Part shown: in pieces, positions 22,501 through 32,000 of the stretch
Layout: the number at the start of each line of letters is the position of its first letter
Position numbering within the stretch: the first letter of the stretch is position 1
From: a virus
Reading direction: 5' to 3' (one strand)
IMG/VR virus record: IMGVR_UViG_3300025684_000010
Length of the DNA stretch: 64,000 bases
Notes under the pieces: generated by a model
Seen by the model: only the letters and a program-made list of their open reading frames with translations
Database searches by the model: none
What the model was told of the DNA's origin: nothing
Program-made: the position numbers and the translations under genes

Positions 22501-25500
22501 ATGTATGGGTTCCACCGCCGTTAGCAACCGCACCAACATTACAACCAATTACGTTTCCATTCACTGAAGTAATTTTAACTTTCTTCTTATAGAACGGATG
22601 ATGTGGTTCAGGTGCAGAGTGATTTGTTAAATTGCCATCTAGCAGACAAGTAAATGTAATACCGCGAGTTGCGAATTCAATCTCATCTCCGACAACCATT
22701 TTATGAGTACCGATGTTAGCAGTAAATTCGCCGGTTTCTGGTACATAACTTGCAGTTGTTGGAGTAAAGCTTGCGATTGTTGTTGTTGGGTAAGTATGTT
22801 GAGTAGCGTTACCGTCAAGTGCACAAGTAAATGTTAAACTGTCAGGCGCAAGTAATACTTCTTCACCAACTTGTAAATCATGAGTACCAACTGTAATAAC
22901 CGTTAAGCCTGTTACAGGATCATATGTTGCATTAGATGGAGTATAGATTTTATTGCCAGAATTTAATATATTCTTGACTTTATTAATATTCTCTACTGCT
23001 CTATGTCTTGATGCTTCGTCAGATAATGCCTTAACTTCTGTAATTGAGTTAGCAGCCGCAGATACAAACGTATGAGCATTTGTTCCACCTTTACCTACAT
23101 TCATTATAATAGTTGTAGATGTTACTGCTTCAATTGGGCAAGGATGATTGTAATAAGGATGTCCTGCCGCAGGTACAGAATCGTTCTGAACTCCACTTCC
23201 TGTATCACAGCTAAATACAATACCGCCTGCTGAGAATCTAACGTACTCTCCAGGTAATAAACTATGTTGACCAATCGTTGCTTCGAACTTTCCTGTTGTA
23301 GGATCGTAACTTGCAGTTGTTGGAGTAAACTGATCTCCAGGTACTGTACTAATAAGATCTTGTTTCAATGTTTCCATTGAACCTAAGGTTTGCACTAACT
23401 GATTGTTAATAACATTATCAGCAAGTGTAGTACCTGCTCTGTAAGCAATACCTGTTTGAATTGCGTTATAGTTTGAACCTGTTAGAATATCTCTTTCAAC
23501 CGCAGGCAAAATATATTGAGTTACATCTCGACGACACTTGTTAGAATCATATCTGTAATAAGTATTTTCGATATATCCTTCAATCATGTCTTGAATGAAT
23601 TCTTTGTTTCTTTGTAATTGCTTTCTTGCATTTCTGTTAGCAGCAGGAATCGCCGTAGCATCACTCCAAGCAATATCATCTCCTAGAGTAGATACAGCGT
23701 TAGGTAAAGCAACTACGAAGTTATGCTTATCGACAATTGCCGACTTACCAACATTAATTGTGATTCGATTAGGTGTTGCTCCTAATACCTCAATTGGAGT
23801 ACCTGCAGCCGGGTCAGAAGCTCGAGGATATCCTGTTCTTGTTTTATTATTATCTCTATCACAAGTAAATATCAAACCACCGGTTTTAAGTAATACATAT
23901 CGGCCTGCAGATAATCCGTGGCCTGCTGTAATTGCTTGTGGTGTTGCAGAAACAAATGTATGAGGAACCTGTCCTGTACCACCTGTACCAACATTCATAC
24001 GAATCGTTGTGGTGGTTGTTCCTATAATAGGACAAGGTTTGTTATAGTATGGGTGATGAGCTTGAGGCGAAGTATGATTCGCTACCCCACTTCCCATGTT
24101 ACAACTGAAGGTAATACTTTCTGGTTTAAACCAAACACTATCACCAACTTCGAGTGTATGTGAACCTACAGTCGCTTCCATGATTCCTGTGGCAGGATCG
24201 TAGGTTGCGTTTGATACCGTAAGTCCAGTTTGTGGCTGAAGTGTGATAACTGATAAACCAGTAGATGGATCATAAGTAGCAGCCGTAGGTGTAAACTGTT
24301 TTCCTTTATTCTCAAGGATTTCTAAAATATTATCGTAAGCATCATCGAGACGATCTGAAGCAAGGAATGAATCCCCGTCAATCAATTCGTTAGTCTGATC
24401 TTTTAATCTCTTATAAGCAGCAACTGTTTCATTGTTCTGATTTTCCATAACAGTTTTTGCAGCAGCCATGTAATATGCACGACCTGCAGTAACAGAGTTA
24501 TAGTTTGTGTCGAACATCATGTCGTTCTTAACAGCAGGTAGAATATAATCAGATACATCTCTACGACAAGCTTTACTATCGTAAGCATAGAACTCTTCGT
24601 TGTTCTCTATCCAATTAATAAGACCATCTGAAATTACTTTTTTGTTGTCTTGTAGAAGTTGTCTGGCTGAGGTATAAGGAACAGAAGTATCTTTCCATAT
24701 AATCGGGTTGATGTTCTCTTCGCCGTACTCCAGGACATTCAGAAGTTCACTAAAGGACGTTTCGATGCGTTCGTTGATTTCAATATTACCAGTTGCGAAT
24801 ACTCGCTTTGTTTGGTCTCTTAAGTATTCAAGTGCACCTTTTGTCTCTCCAAGCTGTTCACCTGGGACAACATAACTGATTGGTGATCTATAAGTGATAC
24901 CACCTAAACGACCCCAGTAGTTTGTGTCAAGTGCAATGTCATATCCTGTACCGTCAAGTACAATTCCTGAATCTCTTAAACATTTTTCTGAATCGTATTC
25001 TTGGTAACCTAATCCGCCGTTAGCAGTATTAGAAGTCAAGTAATCCACAACATCATCGATAATAGCATCTGCGGCGTAATCAATTGATTCTGCGAACGCA
25101 GTATTACCAATAATAGGTACGGACGTTGATTTTGGAGCAAAGAACTGAGTCGTTCCTTTTGCTCGCATTGAGATATCACCGAACTGAGTACCACTGTTGT
25201 TCAGCGTCATTTGTCCACCGTTCAGTGCATAGAACGCACAACGAACAAAGATTGACAAAGAACCAATACCGTTAACACCAGCACCGTCTCTAGCAACATA
25301 TCCTAAACCGTTTTGAGTACGAGGTGTAAAACCAAAACAAAGTACGTAGGTATATAATGAATCGGTATCAAGTACTCTTCTATCTGCAAGTACACAACCA
25401 CCACCACGACCAACCGCTCTGTTAGGGAAATCGTCGATTCCGATAGAAGCAATTGTTGCTGTACCACCAGATTCTGAAGTTATTGTATCTCCAACTTTAA

Positions 25501-27457
25501 ATCCTTGACCGTTCTTAAGGTTACGAACTCGAATTGTGTTTAACGCGTTTACATCACCAGGAACTACACCTTTCAGTGCATCTAATGAATCATCCCAAGA
25601 AAGGTAACCAATAGCACCAGATGAGAATACAACTTCATCATCAATTTTCCATAACGATGTAATTGGGTTTGAAGTATTACCTGTAACTCCTGATAGTACA
25701 AATGTTTGACCAAGGTCAGCAAGAGTACCTTTTGAGTTATAAGGATTAAGAGGTGGTTCAACATCTTGACGTAAGAAGTTAGATAACTGAGTACTATCTC
25801 TTAAGTAAGGTGAACGTAATAGTTTGGCACCAGGTCGATAAGCAATTGCGAATCCACCTTCTGGGAAGTCAAAGTTATCAACCTTAAAGTTCTGATAACC
25901 AAATCCTTGAACGTAACCACCAGAACCAACTAAGATTCCGTTATTGTTTTCGTAGCCAGGAAGTAGTTCAATAACTGTAGCATACTGACCTGCAGTTGAA
26001 GTACAAGAACAGTCATCAGGCAACATCAAGTTACCTTTTGTATAATAAGTACCAGGACCTACTGAGATATGAACAGCATTATTAATTGCGTTACGATTTA
26101 ATTCGCCGCCTGCTTTTTCTAAACAAAGTTCAAATGCTCTTTCCAGTGTTCTTACTGGTTGCATCATTGTACCTGGGTTATCATCGTCACCAGAACCGGC
26201 ATCTACATTAACTTTGAGTGCCTGTGCTGTTTTCTTTGATACTTCAGAGAATAGTTGTCCGAAGTTAATTTGTTCTGTATCACCTGTCTTTTCGTTACGA
26301 ATTGCGAAGTAACTTTCATCATCGATTGGAGCCTCAAACTCTTTGCTGAGATTCATATCGAAGTCGACAAGTTGAGATTTATCAACTATGCCTGTAAAGG
26401 TTGATCCTGATATTGTTCCATTATCGAACGATGATCCGTTTGCACTCAAGCCTTCAGCAGTTGAACTACCAATTGACATGTTAGTGGCAATAACATTATC
26501 CATCGTACCAGTGTATGTACTGCCACTTATGACACTGTCTGTAATAGTTGAATCATCAATCGTTGAATTGGTCAGGACAACATTATTTCCTGTACCTTCA
26601 TTAAATTCAGATTGTGTTATGACAATATTATTAGCAGTAGAATCTGTAATGACACCATCAGAGAAATCAGAATTAATGATTGTTGCATTATCAATATCAC
26701 CGTCTGTATAGGTGGCATTAGTAATGTCGGTATTATCCATCGTACCATTAAGAATAGCAGTAGCATCAATCTGGCCAGCATTAAACTCTGAGTCGGTGAT
26801 GATAGTATTATTTGCGGTAGAATTTATAATCGCTGAGTTATCAATTGTAGAATTGGTCAGGACAACATTATTTCCTGTACCTTCATTGAACTCGGAATTT
26901 GTTATGACAACGTTGTTAGCAACACTATCAAATAATCTTGAAGACGTAATCGTTACATTGTTAGCAGTACTATCGAGAAGTTCTGAACTTGTAATGACAA
27001 AGTTATTTGCGGTACCATCAAGTAAGTCTGTATTGGTAAAGATATTATTATTACCAGTGCCTGATGAGAAATCAGAGAACGTGATTGTTACGTTGTTTGC
27101 TGTACTGTCAAATATTTCGCCGGCTGTAAAAGTTGATGCAGCGATGGCAATATTGTTGGCAACCGAGTTGGTCATTATGGTATCGTCGATCGTACCACGA
27201 ACAAAGTTAGTATCTTCGATTTCAGAATTATCTATGTCAACGTTGTTTAGGCGTGAATCAGACATTCTCACACCAGAGATAGTTCCTCCAGTGATCGTTA
27301 TTCTAGAAAAGATTTCATATTGAATTGCTTCAACTAATTCCTTTCTAGTTATATTACTTGTACCGTCGTCACCTTGGACTAGGTTAACAATAACGAACAG
27401 GTCTTCTGTTCTGGTATTGGCACCAGTAATCGGAGGTAGTTCTGAAATTTTTGCCAT
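16532..27457 (-). CDS. Giant multidomain virion protein (3641 aa): beta-helix-like N-terminal repeats, pectin-lyase-like region, phycobiliprotein-like C-x-R-D helical repeats and Cys/His beta modules
   Basis: Uninterrupted 10.9-kb ORF with a late promoter and AGGA/AAGG RBS. N-terminus MAKISELPPIT is a fibre-type start. The repeats were read directly from the translation. Confidence 0.85.
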   Translation of the reverse strand: MAKISELPPITGANTRTEDLFVIVNLVQGDDGTSNITRKELVEAIQYEIFSRITITGGTISGVRMSDSRLNNVDIDNSEIEDTNFVRGTIDDTIMTNSVANNIAIAASTFTAGEIFDSTANNVTITFSDFSSGTGNNNIFTNTDLLDGTANNFVITSSELLDSTANNVTITSSRLFDSVANNVVITNSEFNEGTGNNVVLTNSTIDNSAIINSTANNTIITDSEFNAGQIDATAILNGTMDNTDITNATYTDGDIDNATIINSDFSDGVITDSTANNIVITQSEFNEGTGNNVVLTNSTIDDSTITDSVISGSTYTGTMDNVIATNMSIGSSTAEGLSANGSSFDNGTISGSTFTGIVDKSQLVDFDMNLSKEFEAPIDDESYFAIRNEKTGDTEQINFGQLFSEVSKKTAQALKVNVDAGSGDDDNPGTMMQPVRTLERAFELCLEKAGGELNRNAINNAVHISVGPGTYYTKGNLMLPDDCSCTSTAGQYATVIELLPGYENNNGILVGSGGYVQGFGYQNFKVDNFDFPEGGFAIAYRPGAKLLRSPYLRDSTQLSNFLRQDVEPPLNPYNSKGTLADLGQTFVLSGVTGNTSNPITSLWKIDDEVVFSSGAIGYLSWDDSLDALKGVVPGDVNALNTIRVRNLKNGQGFKVGDTITSESGGTATIASIGIDDFPNRAVGRGGGCVLADRRVLDTDSLYTYVLCFGFTPRTQNGLGYVARDGAGVNGIGSLSIFVRCAFYALNGGQMTLNNSGTQFGDISMRAKGTTQFFAPKSTSVPIIGNTAFAESIDYAADAIIDDVVDYLTSNTANGGLGYQEYDSEKCLRDSGIVLDGTGYDIALDTNYWGRLGGITYRSPISYVVPGEQLGETKGALEYLRDQTKRVFATGNIEINERIETSFSELLNVLEYGEENINPIIWKDTSVPYTSARQLLQDNKKVISDGLINWIENNEEFYAYDSKACRRDVSDYILPAVKNDMMFDTNYNSVTAGRAYYMAAAKTVMENQNNETVAAYKRLKDQTNELIDGDSFLASDRLDDAYDNILEILENKGKQFTPTAATYDPSTGLSVITLQPQTGLTVSNATYDPATGIMEATVGSHTLEVGDSVWFKPESITFSCNMGSGVANHTSPQAHHPYYNKPCPIIGTTTTTIRMNVGTGGTGQVPHTFVSATPQAITAGHGLSAGRYVLLKTGGLIFTCDRDNNKTRTGYPRASDPAAGTPIEVLGATPNRITINVGKSAIVDKHNFVVALPNAVSTLGDDIAWSDATAIPAANRNARKQLQRNKEFIQDMIEGYIENTYYRYDSNKCRRDVTQYILPAVERDILTGSNYNAIQTGIAYRAGTTLADNVINNQLVQTLGSMETLKQDLISTVPGDQFTPTTASYDPTTGKFEATIGQHSLLPGEYVRFSAGGIVFSCDTGSGVQNDSVPAAGHPYYNHPCPIEAVTSTTIIMNVGKGGTNAHTFVSAAANSITEVKALSDEASRHRAVENINKVKNILNSGNKIYTPSNATYDPVTGLTVITVGTHDLQVGEEVLLAPDSLTFTCALDGNATQHTYPTTTIASFTPTTASYVPETGEFTANIGTHKMVVGDEIEFATRGITFTCLLDGNLTNHSAPEPHHPFYKKKVKITSVNGNVIGCNVGAVANGGGTHTFVSAITGAIKGEHAHPAYKKPVVVAATTATSFTVNVGTSSDTSVHTFVSATSDSVKTAKYNSTYTPYDATYNPVTGVFVASIGKHNLQAGDTIVIKPNSVIFTCTLDGGVTEHAAPAKHHPAYKTPVRLTAVTTDTITMNIGTGTGGTHTFVRADVGAIDTDGLFFTDPASYVKHYTPTTATFLPASGLSTLTIPGHDLTTEDYIEFAPYAFTFTCDQDSNATEHSYPRKGDVNYMQPMNITAIVGDDVTVDIGVTGSAGGVHTFVNVIKEGVSKVTYKSQGQYAREQLQQNKDYLAKDVSNYLDTQYFTFDGEKCSRDSGFILDSVRRDMATNSTWNSQFMGLGYRTGSVGANKVINDQLVETVAAVNYLKAQVAADPSITGVALARTNQHFDKIIDIMQNGPANIGTKQWGSTAALSSNHNDAGNQLILNRQFIIAETTAYIAAEYPSLNYDTAACERDTGYLVDGLIQDVKFGGNTCSVNFARLYFENAVSVLPADQVLPTYKTWEHIAEVVWNIVRDITITPTTGNGQAQDVSGTDYGIEVANLARDRVNIVTQVISDNTLDYLPAYIEPAVEGPMIEAHAAIDGMTENLSASVIDYLREEHNGLPFKKATCERDIGIMVDALSRDIEYGGNENLLEVFDYYFRKFDSQSADYEQQRSTNVLPLEVKGQFRTLSNYEDTANVSGLREAINVLPYEQRLPTQLAFRRLAGLVGPITSAIQQTALGTQFGVSTATYDPATGIYVADIGAHNLDVNAQVYLKPNGVTFSCDMGSGPANHTSPQKHHPYYNAPVTIIATTATTISMNVGTGGSGQQPHTFVTADAGAISTGPYHILDGTAASTAKSTEAVNLIYAIADLIDNTNIEVAEMPTLVKASFDPNRTLARKQLVNNRDFIIEELQGYLKDRYYVFDGDKCKRDVGFIIDAVRTDVLTGGNQSAVFNGLAYRIGTVGANRSINEQLTETVKGIEFARDKAIEAVVDGTMKLRTETAFNEVIDIMTNGRAAANAITYTNTAPSFERINARSQLQNNKVFLQAEITAWLAANRPSHSYDVAKCERDTGYLIDAIAADAQYGGNFATLNDTKLYFENAVSVLPADQREPTAAAFAHLGDCAELICLDTDIGGLKSAGNGQTQSFAGGTAQAAVSAEVEGLFDIVANAITNNTMLLSPKVVMPDETNAVWGAEATAAYLALDGIKDSVSTSLLAHLSEFYQVLPYSETKCRRDTGYIIDALCHDIQYGGNAATVQTAGMYFENAVNTGLQIEQRMGTRDAFLHLAKIVEHVVGGKDITTTLYPRTGKYYTGDIVTKYEYWNGLPSYQATVAQDMTLHGANPNTCIAARKLVEIVANAVDDNIESRNTIPDRIDVLQTWMGANYITAKEIVERKSAILSEAVITYLSSTHNALSFPDAKCRRDIGYIIDSISHDVQHDTNFASLQSAGIYFENGVSVLPVDTKTQYADILQLLGDIVEQVVQETPVTNASTYTLTPQSLIGDAATATEGTTVHDLVALIENVVRADDTDELPRPVSTATWIPSELSAAGIKIDNNTEELASDVTDYINSSFKVLDYNKAKCIRDTGYLLDAFSFDLNFGGNSASRWNADFYFWNSVYRLPEGQRIPTAKSYRQLGRICKDIVLGEYPGQVILGELATEVESKKVEKLANMFYNTQLYNDTKYLPVKEEPDYTYSNAIFTDAQAIIQQRRKQLQKDTVRHVNSAYNFIDINLTRRDARNLLTAVYNDFAYDKFNPDVPQPIYSDNGSQNAVRTYTASFFNYDGTHVFPVFNPTMQGLKYKGSVNAYADLSSVTGMKPNWAYIVATDFTVSHYAGDIYYWNGSAWTLEGANNTDLLDAFTGAWDRMKTYITTNVTPDAEHTAMINGLFDDCLKDNVLRPETLIFGSLVESIAHQFNGASAGVNRNALPLNFRNLGAAISAIASVLNESGGRIRWSGADELNNQYFARGLRINGRTGRIEGRPFTSSVRKLARRASNSRAVV
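26565..26887. repeat. Exact 38-bp direct repeat (26565-26602 and 26850-26887) within the Asn/Ser/Thr-rich repeat region
   Basis: gaattggtcaggacaacattatttcctgtaccttcatt occurs twice and encodes NEGTGNNVVLTNS. Confidence 0.85.
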
Positions 27458-27488
27458 CTTTAGTCTTTTCCTTGTAGTATTACCTTAT

Positions 27489-27496
27489 TATTTATA
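27489..27496 (-). promoter_or_regulatory. T4-type late promoter TATAAATA
   Basis: Exact consensus about 30 nt upstream of the giant gene start. Confidence 0.75.
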
Positions 27497-27511
27497 AGAC
27501 CAATACATCAA

Positions 27512-28834
27512 TTACTCTTTGTTATTAAGCTTGTTTTCTAAAACATTTACTTTTTCACTTAAATCTTTTATTGCATTTATTAGCAATGGCACTAATTGTT
27601 GGTATCTTACTGCTTTATAAGTACCAGCTTCCATTTCAATATCATAGACTACCTCAGGAACTAACTCTTCAATCTCCTGAGCAATAACACCAGGATGCGT
27701 ATCCTGAGGTCTTTCTTTATAATTAAACGTATATGTTTTTATTTGTTCTAATGTTTCCAAACCTTTTTCAAGAGGCTTTATATTTTCTTTTAATCTTTCG
27801 TCTGATGCAGAACCGTTTGTTGTAACGTCACCACCAAATATTGCGTTACCTAATTGATCTATTTTCGCCTTAACAGTACCACTTGAATTCTCTACGGTGA
27901 TGTTCCCGTGGAATACTGAACCCGCTGTATTACTGTCTGAACCTACACTGAATACACCACCAACACTTAAACTGTTACCAACAGCAAGTCTTGTATTAAT
28001 TTCTGAATAAGATGTTCCAAAGCGAGCGATAGTCGATAAACCACCCGAGCCAGCAGGTCCAAGTCCAATCTTAATAACAAAGTTACTTTCACCGAGGAAG
28101 TTAGAATTTGATTTTTGATCTAATAGTACTACACCTAAACCATCACCGTCTAATCCGCCAGTCGCAGCATCTCCATTCATTGTGATGCTTGTAAGCGAAG
28201 GTGTTAAAGAACCAGCGATCGCGCCTGTTCCGCTGTTATATGATATGTTTGTTCCGCCGCTTATGGCACCTCTTGCTCTTGCCGCGGTATAATAAAGATT
28301 GGATGAACCTTCTGTTACATCGTCAGTACTTAAACCTGCACCACCTGCACCAATTGTTAAACTACCTACTGTAAGGTTTTCTGTAACTACTGCATTTGGA
28401 ACTGTTAACGTACCTGCAGTTGATAATGAAAACTTATTAGGTGCAACACCAGTATTAATAATAAAGTTACCAGGATTTGAATTTTCTAATCCTACGTCCC
28501 AAGATAAAGAACCGTTTGTGTATCGTGTTTGTGCACCAGCACTATTTAAAAAAGTTGTTGTTAATTGAGCACTACCTGTAACTTTAAAAGCACCGTTAAC
28601 ATTAACCGGAGTATTACTCGAGATTGCTTCAATTGTATTGGTACTTATTTTCGTAGAACCGATTACATTACCCGCGGTAAGGCTCCCTGTAAGAGTTGCA
28701 CTACCTGTTGTTGTGCTACCGCCAGCAGCCGCAGTCACCACATTGGAAGCCAATAAGTCAACTATATCGTTCGTCTTGTTAAACCAATTTTGAAAGGTTT
28801 GCGAAGTTGTTATATTACCTAGATCCTGAGCCAT
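27512..28834 (-). CDS. Tail fibre protein with C-terminal S74 chaperone (440 aa)
   Basis: C-terminal SDERLKENIKPLEKGLETLEQIKTYTFNY...GVIAQEIEELVPEVV...V.YQQLVPLLINAIKDL. N-terminal TSQTFQNWFNKTN is a fibre-type motif. Confidence 0.85.
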   Translation of the reverse strand: MAQDLGNITTSQTFQNWFNKTNDIVDLLASNVVTAAAGGSTTTGSATLTGSLTAGNVIGSTKISTNTIEAISSNTPVNVNGAFKVTGSAQLTTTFLNSAGAQTRYTNGSLSWDVGLENSNPGNFIINTGVAPNKFSLSTAGTLTVPNAVVTENLTVGSLTIGAGGAGLSTDDVTEGSSNLYYTAARARGAISGGTNISYNSGTGAIAGSLTPSLTSITMNGDAATGGLDGDGLGVVLLDQKSNSNFLGESNFVIKIGLGPAGSGGLSTIARFGTSYSEINTRLAVGNSLSVGGVFSVGSDSNTAGSVFHGNITVENSSGTVKAKIDQLGNAIFGGDVTTNGSASDERLKENIKPLEKGLETLEQIKTYTFNYKERPQDTHPGVIAQEIEELVPEVVYDIEMEAGTYKAVRYQQLVPLLINAIKDLSEKVNVLENKLNNKE

Positions 28835-29017
28835 TTATTTTTCTTCCAGTTTTTCTATTCTTTGGTAAATATCAAGAATACTCTTTTTAATATCCACTAA
28901 GTCATTTTGTATTCGGTCTACTTTGCGATAATAGTTCCGTTCTATTTTATATTTATTGAGAGCGGCAGCATCGGTACTAAGAATTGCTCCAGTTGTCTTA
29001 TCTCTATTAATATTCAT
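28835..29017 (-). CDS. Small coiled-coil hypothetical protein (60 aa)
   Basis: RDKTTGAILSTD followed by a coiled-coil-like tail. It is tightly coupled between the VrlC-like gene and a fibre gene. Confidence 0.6.
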   Translation of the reverse strand: MNINRDKTTGAILSTDAAALNKYKIERNYYRKVDRIQNDLVDIKKSILDIYQRIEKLEEK

Positions 29018-29025
29018 TATAGTTC

Positions 29026-32000
29026 CTATGTCAATGCGAGACCGCGATAATCTTTTAGCGTTGGGGCATTGTGTATGTTTGGCGAGAGTAAATCAATACG
29101 AATTTGGAATCTCTTGAATCCTTCAAACACTCCGCTTTGTGATGTATAAGTTAGAGGACCACTTACAACACCGCCTGTTTTATTTACGTCTTTAATTCTA
29201 TATTTAAATTCTCGGTAATCACGCAAGTTTGATATTGTAGAATAAGATCCTACTCCTTCGAACTTTTCTAATTCAGTCCATGATAATCTATCGAAATCAT
29301 CGAAGTCATATTGATTCTGAGCTTTAATATAAACTTTAATATCTGTTCCTGCTGGACGATATGCAGAAAGGATTAAGTTGAAATCTTCAGCATCAAGATC
29401 TTCTGCCAATTCAATTTTCTTACTGATATATTTTGCAGTTGTATCAGAGTCATTTGTAATCTTATATTGATAGGCAATAAGTTTAGATGCTTCAATATCA
29501 ATGAATGGAGTAGATGTTACGTTACTTCCGTTAGACATTGCTACATCTATTGAGAATGCTTTAACACCGGCAGGATCATTTGATTTACTGTAAAGAACTA
29601 CGCCTTTCTCTGCGAAATAGTTGTTATCATTAAACTGCATTGGCTTCAAGTAAGTAGTTGATGTATCACTAGGAGGTACAAAAGTTCCTGATAGTGTAGT
29701 TCTTGAAGTTGAATCATTAGCCTTCATAATCATAGGTTGGATATAACTTAAATTAATATCGTTAATAGCAGAAACATTTGCTGTTGAAGCACTATCAAGA
29801 CCAACTAAGTTTGCACTAACACTAAATTGTTTTGATGTAGTTGCAGAAGAATGAGCAATATGACATTCGTAAGGATTTCTTTGAACATCATATAAATCCA
29901 ATTCACCAGCAACGACAGGCATATGAGTACCTGCTCCAGAGAACGAAGGAGGAGTTTCTAATATAGCCGTAGTGGCATTTGTGATTGAGGCAATCTTATG
30001 TATTTGTATTTTAGCAGTAGAAGTATTTACAATTCTTATATAATCACCAGCAGCATAAACTGTATCGAGCGCTTGGCCACCTGTTATTGTTTTAGAACCT
30101 GCGGCAGTAGTAATACCAGTATCAGCAGGTGTGGATAATAATTGATAAACTAATTCACCAGGTGTAAACCTTCCTGTAATATTACTTAATGTAAGGAACT
30201 CATGATTTGCGTTTGTTAATTTAACAGTACCTGATGAGGAATTAAAGTTATGTCTTCTTATAGTAAATTTAATATCTTCGTCTTGATATGATTTCCAAGC
30301 AGAGTTATTAGTTGAAGTAAATAGAACACCGTCGCCCCAATCCTGAGTGATAGCAGAACCTTTTGTTGCTCCGGGTGTTAAATCAATTCCACCAACTTTA
30401 GAAGTATAAATTAAGTAATTAGGATCTGATGCATCAGGTTGTACTACAATTGCGTATTCTTTTTCTACATCTAATCTTACAGGCGCCTCAAAGGTAAACG
30501 TTGTTGCCGAAGAAGCATCTTCAGAAGTATTTACATCAGCAGGTAATTTATGAACATTTGCGAATGGCAAGATTCTGTTTGTTGGGTAACCATTTACAAC
30601 TTCTCTGATCTGTAATGATACACCATTTAATGGAGATGAATCATCACTACCTGAACCTGTTTGAGTTGGTTTACGACGGAAGTATACATCAACATTAGAT
30701 AAGTAAACTGAGTTAGAACCTGCACCCATACCTTTCTTAACAAAGAATGTTTGTGCAAGTGGATCTCTACCTCGAATACGTCGAGCAACGTTTCTTGTTG
30801 TTACTGTTGTATTCACATCAAAGTTTGGAGATCTTGTTGAAGTTGTTAAACTTGTTTTCTCAACACTGAAGTTATATGCTCGATAAGTAACAAATCCTTT
30901 ACTTGTTGAAGCAGAATCAATACTGTTATAAGCAGATACATCGGCAATTTCTAATACTCTATCACCTACATAGAATGTTTCAGCGGGTAAATAGAACACT
31001 GCTCTTAATACACCGTTTGCGTCTGTAGTAACTGCAGCACCTTTATCACCGTACCTACCAACTTCTCCAACTGAATCAGCTGTAATTGATCCTGGCATTA
31101 CGTGGGCATTTACATCAACACCATCAAAGAAGAAGTAATGTCTTTGATTAGGTCTTAATCCTGACATATAAACTTTGATATCTCTCGATGCCATATAAGG
31201 TTGGAATCTAAAGTCGGAAACAAATTCACCAACGAACGATTCTGTTGTTCTTGAACTATCAATGGTAATTTCGCTTGATCTTGTTGTAACAGTTGTTACT
31301 TCAGTTCCTGCACCACGTCTTCCTCGACGACCAGGATCAGCTTCAAACACTCTTGACGAAGATGTATCGGTCATAGGTAAGAATGCTTGAATCTCATCAA
31401 TAAATTCTTGGAACGGAGTAGTTAGATCAATATCAATAGAAGCAGGATTAACTGTTGTATCATAAGCAGCATCGTAAGGTGGAGATATAACTCCATCACC
31501 TACATACTTATAGAAGTTACTTACGCAGTTTCTAAAGTTCGATGCATACGGTTGATTAATAACCTCAACGTTTGAATTCCTTCCTACAGTTGCTACCTTA
31601 GCATCAGAAGTAGATGGGAATATTGAAGAACCTGTTGCTGAATCATATATCAAATCTAATGGGAATGTTTTCAACGAAGGAGTAAGTATCTTTTGATTAA
31701 ATGGTACCGCAGCATTAAACTGTGGATGACTGATTTCTGATAACTGTAAATTGTTAAAAGGATCTACAACGAAACCATTCTTGAATCTGTTTAAACCATT
31801 CTCATCGCGTACAACTAAGTTATCAGTTTCTGATTCTAATTGATTCAATGAAATATAGTATGCCATGTTATCAATCTTCTTTTCAAGATCGTGCATATCT
31901 TTCATTGTATAATTCTTAATACCTGTTGCTCTTGGTTTAATTGCATAACCAGGTTTACGAAGAACATCAGCCTGTTTCTTAGACAGCGCAGGATAAGTTG

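Noticed and set aside
26388-27323. Plus-strand ORFs of 107 and 203 aa
   Set aside because: They are antisense to the Asn/Ser/Thr repeat region of the giant gene and are a compositional artefact.
2685-28834. Possible diversity-generating retroelement acting on the fibres
   Set aside because: There is no reverse transcriptase in the window and no template/variable repeat pair differing only at adenines. The duplications seen are ordinary in-frame repeats.
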